The position numbers and the translations under genes were made by a program. The notes under the pieces were generated by a model. The model did not search any database, had not been told where the DNA came from, and was given only the letters and a program-made list of their open reading frames with translations. Source: Octopus sinensis (lineage: Eukaryota). From it: a stretch of DNA of 64,000 nt. Shown one piece after another: positions 49,531 through 62,345 of the stretch (positions are counted from its first letter, which is position 1; each line of letters opens with the position of its first letter). The stretch covers positions 9,982,001 through 10,046,000 of the forward strand of contig NC_043010.1 of NCBI RefSeq assembly GCF_006345805.1, in the 5' to 3' direction.

Positions 49531-50809
49531 TGGTGGTGGTGGTGGTGGTGGTGATATACAATATACATATGTATATAAATATGTAGATATATACATATAT
49601 ACATTTATCATATATATTTATGTACATACATATGCATATGTGTGTGTATAACATATATATATGCGTGTGTATGTGTGTGTATATATATATATTATTATAT
49701 GTAGAAAAATACAAACTGGGACAAGAACGTAAAACATTTAGAAGACGATACAAAAAACACAGACAGGACATTCGAAGCCTTCAATCTTCAGTCAAGAACC
49801 GGATCATCCTCGCAATTTCGGCTGATTAATCTTGAGTGCATACATGCATGCCTATATATATATTATATATATGCATGCATGTATGTATGTAGGTTAAGCC
49901 ATAACAGTAGAACCTTAATTTAATATGTTGCATGCTTATAAATTTGTAAAATTAAAAATTCATTTTTTTTTTTCAGAAGAGCAAAAATGCACCTCTGTAA
50001 GGCTCTTAGGCAAATGCAATTTGACCCTCATTCCCAAAATATATATATATATATAAAAAAAAAAAAACATGTCTTCACCCCTACTTCTACCCACGATATG
50101 CCTCATCATGATAAACATATGAATGGCTTTCATGACTCACCAATCCCTAAAACATTTTTCGTCTCACACACATACACTCACTCTCATATGCATACAGCCA
50201 GAGTCAATTTAAAATTTTGATTTCTTCTCAGTTCCTTTGTGATCTTGCTAAACATCGCTAAACATCCCCCAAACTGCACTATGTACATTAGATATAATTG
50301 ATATCATGTAATTACTTGTGTCTAGCCTGCTATTCATCAGAGAAGATACGACTATAAATTATTCAAGGGCTTAAGGTATGGATCAGTGACTACATCAACA
50401 ATTCAGAACCGTATTCAATATAATAACAGATTTATCAACATGCATAGATTTATCAGCCTACAGAATACATGTTCTAATATTTATGCATGTGTGTGTGGGG
50501 GAGTGTCTTTGAGGAGTGTGCATGTGTGTGTGTGTGTGTATGTGTATGCATTTGTAAATGCATGTGAGTGATTATGCATTTGTGATATGCACGTAGGTAT
50601 ATGTGTATGTGTGTGTTTATATGCATATGTGTGTATACTTGTATATGTATGTTTGTGCATGTGTATATGTGTATATATATCTATATCTATCTATCTATCT
50701 ATCTATCTCTCTCTCTATATATATATATACATATATATGTGACCTCGTGTGTACCGTTGGCGATTTTTTTTCCTCTGTCTTCCCTTCTCTGGATCTTTCC
50801 TTCTCCTAT

Positions 50810-50844
50810 GTTTCCGACGAAGAGCTCCGCTCGAAACGTTAAAC
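50810..50844 (+). ncRNA. 35-nt minimal hammerhead-like motif (U4C variant) in a PLE-terminal-like repeat
   Basis: GUUU-CCGACGA-A-GAGC-ucc-GCUC-GAAA-CG-UU-AAAC. Confidence 0.55.
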
Positions 50845-50939
50845 CCTCCTTCTTTCCTTCCATCCTGAGCGTCCAATAATACTATATTTGTTCCACGTCC
50901 TCGCATTGTTGTTTTTTTTGTGCTTTCTTGTTTGGATTA

Positions 50940-50991
<52 letters not shown>

Positions 50992-51342
50992 TACACATAT
51001 ATAAAAAAGTTTGAAAAACAGTGGCTCATGTGTATGTATACATGTGTGTGTGTGTGTGTGTACACCTGAACCAGTGTTTTTCAAATTTTTTTTATCCAAT
51101 GCCCCAATTTCATTTTCCAAGAAAATGTCATCCCATCGTGTGTCTACAAAATTAATGTATAGTATGGATATATATAATCAAAAGAAATCTTAATAAGAAC
51201 AATTGCAAGTCTTATTCATTCGTTGTTTGAATAAACTTCATTCTGAAGTAACCCATATACCACTGGTGGAGTATACACTCTACTTTGAGTAGCACTGTTC
51301 TATATTATACATTACAGAATAGTTAGCTGCAATGTACACATT

Positions 51343-51774
51343 TGTAGTGATGCTGCTGTGTAAGGTTCAGCGCACATGCGCAGAATGGGATTACTTCCGA
51401 TTGTCCACCGGAAGTCTTCCCCATGTGCATGTGCAGGAAACTGACCCCTGAAATGCAGTTCGCTCATTCAGTCTTTCTGGCCCTAGCAGCCTCGTGAACG
51501 GACGCATACTGGCAGTCTCTGAGGACTTCATACCAACCAAACAGTGAACCACAACGAATCATTTCGACCAACAAACAAGAATCAGTACTACAGATTCGGC
51601 TGTCGGTTTCCCTCCAGAGAACACGTACACCAGTTCTACATTACGACGAGAAATAAACAACATTTTTGCTGTGTTCGTAGATCGCCTGACTTGTCTGTTA
51701 TTTTTAACTAGAATTGAATGTGACGGGATCAGATCGGACACCCCTCCAGTGATACCGAAACTGATCCTGTTACA
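51343..51774. mobile_element. Solo LTR, 432 bp
   Basis: Starts TGTA and ends TACA; 4-bp direct repeat catt at 51339-51342 and 51775-51778; internal aataaa near 51653; GC-richer than the flanks. Confidence 0.7.
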
Positions 51775-52996
51775 CATTGATAAGTGAAAAAAGGAACACA
51801 GTACTTTCTGCAGAGTAATATGATTTGGGGAGTTGGAACAATTAATATATTCCAGTGGCTCATGTCATCAATCAGTTCTTCAAACTAAGAAAGCAGTATA
51901 TTGTAACAATAAAAGGTTTTGACTAATTCATTCTTAAAACACAAACCTTTTGCCTAAATATGAATTTCTGTACACTTCTGGGTCCTGGAACCCTCAAAAC
52001 ATAAGAATTCCATTCTGTGTTATATCCTTTCTATTTTAGGCATAAAGCAACTGGTACTTTATTTTGTCAACCATGAGATGATGAAAGGTGAAATTGACCT
52101 AAGTGGAATTGGAATTCAGGACATAGAGATGGACAAAAGGATTCACAGCATTTTGTCCAGCAGTTTGCTGCCTTTCATTCAACACGTAAAAGAATGGAAT
52201 TCTGGCTGCAGGCATTCTCATATTGTTTTGAAGCATAGGGTATCTAAAATGGTACTATACAATGTGCTCTTCCTACACTTTCTTACATGAATGTAAGATG
52301 ATATGAAGGAGATTTGTAAAATAAATATTTCTTTTTCAAGGCATAGATTGTTTAGTGTGTGATATAAATGAGATTTAGCTGTAATTTCTAGTAGGTGAAC
52401 CAATCATGTAGAGACTAACTCTTTGGCTCATTAGCATTCGGGTCCTCACCCCAGAAGTTCATCTCATAAACTGCATAGCCAGATATTGATATCTAAACTT
52501 CAGATGCTCAACGAAAGCTGTCAGATCACTCCCAAATCCTTTATGTCTTTAAAGTAGAGGGTTCAGATGTTTTAAGTCCTACGTCTTGGAAAAGCATGAC
52601 CCACACTAAAGAGAGAATGACTTATAGCTGGAAACAATAATTGAATATTTGTTTGATTCACTATCTCAATGCTGCAAGTTTGTTCAAGCAGAGCTGTCCA
52701 GAATTACCCAACAACAACAAAGCTGTTTCACTAATTAAATGTTTTCTACTTGGAAGAACACAGGCCACTTGTCCATATACTTAAAGTAGTTGAAAGTTTG
52801 ATTGTCCTGTCATAACAAGTTCACAGACTTGTAATTGTTTAGAGAAACTGGGTATTTAAAATTCTTCAATGAGCCTTAAATCATTTGTGGAAATGGTATC
52901 GCTCATAAATAAATTTTGTAGCGAGCATTAACAAGGATATAGTATGTTGCGGTATATCAATAAGGAATAAATCTTAAAATTGTCTATATATATATA

Positions 52997-53421
52997 GGCG
53001 CAGGAGTGGCTGTGTGGTAAGTAGCTTGCTTACCAACCACATGGTTCTGGGTTCAGTCCCACTGCGTGGCATCTTAGGCAAGTGTCTTCTGCTATAGCCT
53101 CGGGCCGACCAATGCCTTGTGAGTGGATTTGGTAGACGGAAACTGAAAAGAAGCCTGTCGTATATATGTATATATATATATATGTATATGTATGTGTGTG
53201 TGTGTATGTGTTTGTGTATCTGTGTTTGTCCCCCCACCATCGCTTGAGAACCGATGCTGGTGTGTTTACGTCCCCGTCACTTAGCGGTTCGGCAAAAGAG
53301 ACCGATAGAATAAGTACTGGGCTTACAAAGAATAAGTCCCGGGGTCGATTTGCTCGACTAAAGGCGGTGCTCCAGCATGGTCGCAGTCAAATGACTGAAA
53401 CAAGTAAAAGTGAAAGAGAGA
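52997..53421 (+). mobile_element. SINE family A (in duplication copy 1)
   Basis: Full length; paralog at 59543. Confidence 0.9.
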
Positions 53422-53697
53422 GATACCCTGTTGAGTAACGTTACTCTAGAGATCCTTCGGAGGACTCCTACTTCCTACATTTTAGCTGCTTGTACTTGCA
53501 TCCCCAAAATAAAAGAAGCCCCAAGCTGGTGGTACTGGAACCATTTCTATTGACTCCTAAATCCCTGACATTTTACCATTTATATCTAAACACTGGCATT
53601 TATGATTGCCGAGCACAAACCCAGCAACGATGATTAATAAACTGCTAGTATTTAAACGGCGAAGTACATTAAATACTTTCGAAACAAAGCAAAGAAA

Positions 53698-53735
<38 letters not shown>

Positions 53736-53838
53736 TGATGAAATGATGATGATGATGATGATGATGATGGTGATGGTGGTGGTGATGATGATGATGATGA
53801 TGTTGATGGTGGTGGTGATGATGATGATGATGATGATG

Positions 53839-53890
<52 letters not shown>

Positions 53891-54348
53891 TAAATAAACA
53901 GAAAAATGTTTAATTAAAAATTGAAAAGCAAAAATAAAAGATAGGTTACCCAAACTCGAGCGGCAGCAAATGCGAAAGTATAAAGGGTGGCATACCACAC
54001 TGTAAGTAACATTAGGAGGGTGAATCATAGCTATTAAAGGTTTACATTCATTGTTAGCCAAAGTGGGTGGACATCTTTGTGAGTGATGCATTAAAAAAAC
54101 AGGAAGAGAGAAAGAGCGAGGGAGAGAGAGAGAGTTGGAGACAGAGATTAGAGAACCTTCTCCTCTTTCTGTCACCAATACTTATCCACCTAAGAGGACA
54201 AAAAAAATTTTAAAAAAACAGAGAGATACCCAGTCCGTATACTAAATCACCAACAATAGTAAAGAACAGAAGCCTTTGTGAAATAACAGCAAACAACTGC
54301 AACTGGGTGGATAGTCACTAGCTGGTGGGTGATAGGGGGTAGATAAAT

Positions 54349-54379
<31 letters not shown>

Positions 54380-54520
54380 CATATATATACATACAGATAT
54401 ATACATATACAAACACACAATAGTTAAAAGTCATACTTGGATAAGGGACATACAGCTGAATGTCATCTGCAATAGGTGGAGAAAACTGTTTTTTGAATAG
54501 TATTGTTTTTATTATTATTA

Positions 54521-54552
<32 letters not shown>

Positions 54553-54639
54553 TTTATTATTTATTTATTTATTTTTTGTATGGGTTCCATTTGAAATGGT
54601 GGTCATCAGACTAAGCACTGGCACGTGTGTACTCTGGTA

Positions 54640-55190
54640 TGCAATTTAACTACAAAGATACACACATTTATATACACACACACACTTATATATACACACA
54701 CACACCTATATATACACTCACACACACATATAAATACAGAAACACACACACACATATAGGTATACACACACTCCTATATATACACTCACACACACATATA
54801 AATACAGAAACACACACACACACACACATATAGGTATACACACACAACTATATATACATTCACACACACATATAAATACAGAAACACACACACACATATA
54901 GGTATACACACACATCTATATATACACCCACACACATATAAATCAGAAACACACATACACACACACATATAGGTATACACACACACCTATATATACACTC
55001 ACACACACATATAAATACAGAAACACACACACACACACACACACACACATAGGTATACACACACACCTATATATACACCCACACACACATATAAATACAG
55101 AAACACACACACACACATATAGGTATACACACACACCTATATATACACCCACACACACATATAAATATAGAAACACACACACACACATAG
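54640..55190. repeat. Compound minisatellite, unit about 62-75 bp built from (CA)/(TA) blocks
   Basis: ataggtatacacacacacctatatatacac...tataaatacagaaac recurs about 8 times. Confidence 0.9.
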
Positions 55191-55513
55191 GGACTTATTC
55201 TTTTTGTAAGCCCAGTACTTATTCTATCGGTCTCTTTTGCCGAACCGCTAAGTAACGGGGACATAAACACACCAGCATCGGTTGTCAAGCAATGCTAGGG
55301 GGACAAACACAGACACACAAACACACACACATGCATATATATACATATATACGATGGGCTTCTTTCAGTTTCCGTCTACCAAATCCACTCACAAGGCTTT
55401 GGTCAGCCCGAGGCTATAGTAGAAGACACTTGCCCAAGGCGTCACGCAGTGGGACTGAACCCGGAACCATGTGGTTGGTAAACAAGCTACTTAACACATA
55501 GCCACTCCTGCGC
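55190..55513 (-). mobile_element. SINE family A with its tail end lost at the minisatellite
   Basis: Starts at gggacttattc. Confidence 0.85.
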
Positions 55514-56129
55514 TTATATTTATAAACATTTAAAATATATTTATAATAACATGAGGACAGAAGTTGACAATGTTTGATCATACACTACCTCCTGCAAGTA
55601 TGGGATTCTCCGTTCATTGATTAAGGCATATATAAAAATTAATTGCAGACTGGAACCAGCCTAAGGGTGGAGATTCCCTGTTTGTCGATGAGGGCCATAA
55701 AAATTTACTGACCAGACTGATCTAAGGGTGACAACCCTTATATATATATTATTTGTTTACAAAATTTATTTATTTTTTGCCCACAGGGGGCTAAACATAG
55801 AGGGAACAAACAAGGACAGACAAAGGGTTTCAGTCGATTACATCAACCCCAGTGCGTAACTGGTACTTATTTAATCAACCTCGAAGTTTACAAAATTAAC
55901 TGACCGTAATGGCTTTCTATGTCCAGTTTGAAAAGAGGTCATATGTCCGTGGCCATTGGAGTCTGATGAGCTGCCTATAAGGCCAAGCACTTTGTGGACG
56001 CAAAACCATTGCTCACTCAATGACTGGGCATGTAATTAGCTTCCTGTAAATATATATTACTGCTGTAATGTTTCAAGTGTGCTTCTTTTTCAAATATATG
56101 ATCTATTGACAATATATATATATATGTAA

Positions 56130-56298
56130 AGCACTCACTACACTCTCAGAGTGGTTAGCATTAGGAAGGGCAACCAGCTGTTGAAACACTGCCAGATCTG
56201 ATTAGAGCCTGGTGCAGCCGCTGGCTCTCCAGACCTCAGTCAAACTGTCCAACCCATACCAGCATGGAAAACGGATGTTAAACGATGATGATGATGAT
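56130..56298 (+). mobile_element. Family C 3' part with (GAT)n tail
   Basis: gcactcactacactctcagagtggttagcattaggaagggc...gttaaacgatgatg. Confidence 0.8.
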
Positions 56299-56313
56299 AT
56301 ATATATATATCTA

Positions 56314-56365
<52 letters not shown>

Positions 56366-56776
56366 GGCACAGGAGTGGCTGTGTGGTAAGTAGCTTGCTA
56401 ACCAACCACATGGTTCTGGGTTCAGTCCCACTGCGTGGCATCTTGGGCAAGTGTCTTCTGCTATAGCCCCAGGCCGACCAATGCCTTGTGAGTGGATTTG
56501 GTAGACGGAAACTGAAAGAAGCCCGTCGTATATATGTATATATATATGTATGTGTGTGTGTGTTTGTGTGTCTGTGTTTGTCCAGCTAGCATTGCTTGAC
56601 AACCGATGCTGGTGTGTTTATGTCCCCATCACTAAGCGGTTCGGCAAAAGAGCCCGATAGAATAAGTACGGGCTTACAAAAGAATAAGTCCCGGGGTCGA
56701 TTTGCTCGACTAAAGGCGGTGCTCCAGCATGGCCGCAGTCAAATGACTGAAACAAGTAAAAGAGTAAAAGAGTAAA

Positions 56777-56778
<2 letters not shown>
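56366..56778 (+). mobile_element. SINE family A
   Basis: Full-length match. Confidence 0.9.
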
Positions 56779-56807
<29 letters not shown>

Positions 56808-57337
56808 ACAAAACAATTTAATAAATAAAACATATGCATACATACATATATGTACATACCTACATCTATATGTATATATACATGCATATATGAGTACAGG
56901 ACACCACAAATAAACGTAGAACACAACGAGAAACGAAAACATAAAACCAAACAAGGAAACGGACTTTTTTTTAACAACGAAAAAACAGAGTACAAGACAA
57001 ACAATACAAGGGACATTCCCCTTCTTCAGCTGCCCCTGTTTTGACTCAATGCGTGTTTTGAAGGTAAGGGCAGAACGCGACCACGCCGAAGCAGTCCTTC
57101 CCGCAAATTGAATTGAATAAAATTTTTTTGTGGAGGGGTAAAGAAAGTGACAAGAACAGGACGTAAAAGCAATACAAATGAAGAAAAAAAACAGTACAAA
57201 TAAAGATAAAAACAGTAAAAGACAGGACGAGGAATATATATATACTGATATAATGAAACTGAGCACAGTCCTCCGCATTACTACCTCCTGTCAACCTGTT
57301 CAACCCATACCAGGATGGATGATGGATATTAAATGAT

Positions 57338-57488
57338 GTGTGGTAAGTAGCTTGCTAACCAACCACATGCTTCCGGGTTCAGCCCCACTGCGTAGCATCT
57401 TGGGCAAGTGTCTTCTGCTAGAGCCCTTGGGCCGACCAATGCTTTGTGAGTGGATTTGGTAGACGGAAACTGAAAGAAGCCTGTCGTA

Positions 57489-57526
<38 letters not shown>

Positions 57527-57594
57527 TGTGTGTGTATATGTTTGTGTGTGTGTGTTTGTCCCCCTAGCATTGCTTGACAACCGATGCTGGTGTG
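57338..57594 (+). mobile_element. SINE family A truncated at the duplication junction
   Basis: Ends ccgatgctggtgtg|aattcag. Confidence 0.85.
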
Positions 57595-57877
57595 AATTCA
57601 GAACCGTATTCAATATAATAACAGATTTATCAACATGCATAGATTTATCAGCCTACAGAATACATGTTCTAATATTTATGCATGTGTGTGGGGGGAGTGT
57701 CTTTGAGGAGTGTGCATGTGTGTGTGTGTGTGTATGTGTATGCATTTGTGCATGCATGTGAGTGGTTATGCATTTGTGATATGCACGTAGGTATATGTGT
57801 ATGTGTGTGTTTATATGCATATGTGTGTATACTTGTATATGTATGTTTGTGCATGTGTATATGTGTATATATATCTA

Positions 57878-57928
<51 letters not shown>

Positions 57929-57955
57929 ATATATATATCTATCTATATATATATA

Positions 57956-57986
<31 letters not shown>

Positions 57987-58067
57987 ATATATATATATGT
58001 GACCTCGTGTACCGTTGGTGATTTTTTTTCCTCTGTCTTCCCTTCTCTGGATCTTTCCTTCTCCTAT

Positions 58068-58102
58068 GTTTCCGACGAAGAGCTCCGCTCGAAACGTTAA
58101 AT
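58068..58102 (+). ncRNA. Paralog of the 50810 hammerhead-like motif
   Basis: GUUU-CCGACGA-A-GAGC-ucc-GCUC-GAAA-CG-UU-AAAU. Confidence 0.5.
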
Positions 58103-59542
58103 CCTCCTTCTTCCCTTCCTTCCTGAGTGTCCAATAATACTATATTTGTTCCATGTCCTCACGTTGTGTTTTTTTTGTGCTTTCTTGTTTGGATTAACTT
58201 TATATATATATATATATACACACACACATATATATAAAAAAGTTTGAAAAACAGTGGTTCATGTGTATGTATACATGTATGGTTGTGTGTGTGTGTGTGT
58301 GTACACCTGAACCAGTGTTTTTCAAACTTTTTTTTATCCAATGCCCCAATTTGATTTTCCAAGAAAATGTCATACCATCGTGAATCTACAAAATTAGTGT
58401 ATACTATGGATATATATAATCAAAAGAAATCTTAATAAGAACAATTGCAAGTCTTATTCATTTGTTGTTTGGATAAACTTCATTCTGAAGTAACCCATAT
58501 ACCACTGGTGGAGTATACACTCTACTTTGAGAAGCACTGTTCTATATTATACATTACAGAATAATTCCATTCTGTGTTATATCCTTTCTATTTTAGGCAT
58601 AAAGCAACTGGTACTTTATTTTGTCAGCCCTGAGATGATGAAAGGTGAAATTGACCTAAGTGGAATTGGAATTCAGGACAAAAGGATTCACAGCATTTTG
58701 TCCAGCAGTTTGCTGCCTTTCATTCAACACCTAAAAGAATGGAATTCTGGCTGCAAACACTCTCATATTCTTTTGAAGCATAGGGTATCTAAAATGGTAC
58801 TATACAATGTGCTCTTCCTACACTTTCTTAGATAAATGTAAGATGATATGAAGGAGATTTGCAAAATGAATATTTCTTTTTCAAGGCATAGAATGTTTAG
58901 TGTGTGATACAAATGAGAGTTAGCTGTAATTTCTAGTAAGGGAACCAATCATGTAGAGACTAACTCTTTGGCTCATTAGCATTCGAGTCCTCACCCCAGA
59001 AGTTCATCTCATAAACTGCATAGCCAGATATTGATATCCAAACTTCAGATGCTCAACAAAAGCTGTCAGATCACTCCCAAATCCTTTATGTCTTTAAAGT
59101 AGAGGGTTCGGATGTTTTAAGTCCTACGTCTTGGAAAAGCATGACCCACACTAAAGAGAGAATGACTTATAGCTGGAAACAATAATTGAATATTTCGTTT
59201 GATTCACTATCTCAATGCTGCAAGTTTGTTCAAGCAGAGCTGTCCAGAATTACCCAACAACAACAAAGCTGTTTCACTAATTAAATGTTTTCTACTTGGA
59301 AGAACACAGGCCACTTGTCCGTATACTTAAAGTAGTTGAAAGTTTGATTGTCCTGTCATAACAAGTTCACAGACTTGTAATTGTTTAGAGAAACTGGGTA
59401 TTTAAAATTCTTCAATGAGCCTTAAATCATTTGTGGAAATGGTATCGCTCATAAATAAATTTTGTAGCGAGCATTAACAAGGATATAGTATGTTGCGGTA
59501 TATCAATAAGGAATAAATCTTAAAATTGTCTATATATATATA

Positions 59543-59952
59543 GGCGCAGGAGTGGCTGTGTGGTAAGTAGCTTGCTTACCAACCACATGGTTCTGGGTTC
59601 AGTCCCACTGCGTGGCATCTTAGGCAAGTGTCTTCTGCTATAGCCTCGGGCCGACCAATGCCTTGTGAGTGGATTTGGTAGACGGAAACTGAAAAGAAGC
59701 CTGTCGTATATATGTATATATATATGTGTGTGTGTGTATGTGTTTGTGTGTCTGTGTTTGTCCCTCTAGCATTGCTTGACAACCGATGCTGGTGTGTTTA
59801 CGTTCCCGTCACTTAGCGGTTCGGCAAAAGAGACCGATAGAATAAGTACTGGGCTTACAAAGAATAAGTCCCGGGGTCGATTTGCTCGACTAAAGGCGGT
59901 GCTCCAGCATGGTCGCAGTCAAATGACTGAAACAAGTAAAAGTGAAAGAGAG
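59543..59952 (+). mobile_element. SINE family A (in duplication copy 2)
   Basis: Full length. Confidence 0.9.
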
Positions 59953-60229
59953 AGATACCCTGTTGAGTAACGTTACTCTAGAGATCCTTCGGAGGACTCC
60001 TACTTCCTACATTTTAGCTGCTTGTACTTGCATCCCCAAAATAAAAGAAGCCCCCAGCTGGTGGTACTGGAACCATTTCTATTGACTCCTAAATCCCTGA
60101 CATTTTACCATTTATATCTAAACACTGGCATTTATGATTGCCGAGCACAAACCCAGCAACGATGATTAATAAACTGCTAGTATTTAAACGGCGAAGTACA
60201 TTAAATACTTTCGAAACAAAGCAAAGAAA

Positions 60230-60267
<38 letters not shown>

Positions 60268-60479
60268 TGAAATGATGATGATGATGATGATGGTGATGGT
60301 GGTGGTGATGATGATGATGATGATGTTGATGGTGGTGGTGATGATGATGATGATGATGATAATAATAATAATAATAATAATTATAATGATGATGATGATT
60401 ATGATGATGATGATGATGTTGATGATGATGGTGATGGTGGTGGTGGTGATGATGATGATGATTATGATTATGATGATGT

Positions 60480-60525
<46 letters not shown>

Positions 60526-60631
60526 GGTAATGATGATGATGATGATGATGATAATAATGATGATGATAATGATAATAATGATGATGAAGATGATGATGAT
60601 GATGATGATAATGATGATGATGATGATGACG

Positions 60632-60671
<40 letters not shown>

Positions 60672-61323
60672 TAAATAAACAGAAAAATGTTTAATTAAAA
60701 ATTGAAAAGCAAAAATAAAAGATAGGTTACCCAAACTCGAGCGGCAGCAAATGCGAAAGTATAAAGGGTGGTATACCACACTGTAAGTAACATTAGGAGG
60801 GTGAATCATAGCTATTAAAGGTTTACATTCATTGTTAGCCAAAGTGGGTGGACATCTTTGTGAGTGATGCATTAAAAAAAAGGAAGAGAGAAAGAGCGAG
60901 GGAGAGAGAGAGCGTTGGAGACAGAGATTAGAGAACCTTCTCCTCTTTCTGTCACCAATACTTATCCACCTAAGAGGACAAAAAAAAATTTTTAAAAAAC
61001 AGAGAGATACCCAGTCCGTATACTAAATCACCAACAATAGTAAAGAACAGAAGCCTTTGTGAAATAACAGCAAACAACTGCAACTGGGTGGATAGTCACT
61101 AGCTGGTGGGTGATAGGGGGTAGATAAATACCAATCACATGGATTTGGGTTCAATCTTACTGCATGACACATTGGACATGCATCTTCTTCTCTCACCTCC
61201 ATGTAGACCAATAACTAGTCAGTGGATTTGTGGGACAGAAACCGAAAGGTACTCTTCATATAAATCATATACATGTATATATATATATATGTATACACAC
61301 ACATACATACATATATATATATG

Positions 61324-61355
<32 letters not shown>

Positions 61356-61493
61356 AAGATTAATCAGCCGAAATTGCTAGGATGATCCGGTTCTTGACTG
61401 AAGATTGAAGGCTTTGAATGTCCCGTCCGTGTTTTTTGTATCGTCTTCAAAATGTTTTACGTTCTTGTCCCAGTTTGTATTTTTCTATATATA

Positions 61494-61524
<31 letters not shown>

Positions 61525-62028
61525 AACATGCTATATATATATATATATATATATAACACATTAAGATGTTTCCCACAAGTAAATTTATATTAAAAAGCAA
61601 AAAGAAGAAAATGCTTTGAGAACTTTATCATAAATATGCTACCAGTTTCAAGCACTTTAAAAGATGATTGAGAAATGGTGAAAGAAAAAGGATAAATAAA
61701 TTGTAGCAAATTAAATTAGTCTTTCATGATGTCAGTTCTTGTTCATGTGTTTTTCTTACAAACATCACATGGTGCTGGTATTTCGTTTTCTTCTGATTGT
61801 TGCAGCACCATGTGGTTTTTGTAAGAAGGCCACATAAACTTCCAAACCTGATATCATAAAAGATTAATTTAATTCAATTTATTCGGATATATTTTTCCCT
61901 CTTTCTTTGAGCAAGACTAAATCATCTATTAAACAAATTGAAACCAGTAGCACATTTTGATAGACAAGCAAATACTTCTTTCTTTTATTCCTGATAAAGT
62001 CCTCAAAGCACTTCATATGAATATATAT

Positions 62029-62345
62029 ATTAGGATTATCTCATAAATAATGTAGTTTTTTCAATTGCGTGAACTAAAAGCATGAACTAAAAGTCAGAGG
62101 GGTATGAGATAAACTACCTGCATCAACTTGCTATAAAAGCTGGTTTTAATTTTACCTTCGACTTATTCTTAGTGCAGGTTTTGAAGAGTGCAGTTCGATT
62201 TTAACAGTTACTTTTTCAAAGCTATAATGGAAGTGACAAAGGAGTATATTCAGCATATTTTACTCTGTGAGTTCAAAAAAGGCAACAACACAACAGAAAG
62301 TGTGAAGGAATATTGATGCAGTATTCGTCGAGACTATTAAGAAGG
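62029..62345 (+). mobile_element. Mariner 5' fragment
   Basis: TIR-like ttaggattatctcataaataatg after a TA run; ATG 62227 gives MEVTKEYIQHILLCEFKKGNNTTES (mariner HTH N-terminus). Confidence 0.75.

Larger units (their letters stand above)
50400..54350 (+). repeat. Local duplication, copy 1 (~3.95 kb)
   Basis: Colinear with 57595-61131 from aattcagaaccgtattc to gtagataaatac. Confidence 0.9.
57595..61131 (+). repeat. Local duplication, copy 2 (~3.54 kb)
   Basis: Lacks 51322-52006 and an ggacatagagat segment of copy 1; has a longer (GAT)n tract. Confidence 0.9.

Noticed and set aside
49700-49830. Repeat with CUGAAGA (also at 61355-61490) as a hammerhead
   Set aside because: Followed by GAAU rather than GAAA, with no stem I or III; the GAAA lies upstream without consistent pairing.
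53950-54010. YSVVCHPLY as a class A GPCR TM3 motif
   Set aside because: No DRY/ERY and no other transmembrane segments in frame; the paralog reads VVYHPL.
56990-57110. CUGAAGA-AGGGGA motif on the minus strand as a hammerhead
   Set aside because: No downstream GAAA-stem III-NUH could be folded.
2675-59970. Recurrent ORFs such as MLGGQTQTH...DTCPRCHAVGLNPEPCGW and MTTDAGVFTSP...
   Set aside because: Translations of SINE family A copies.
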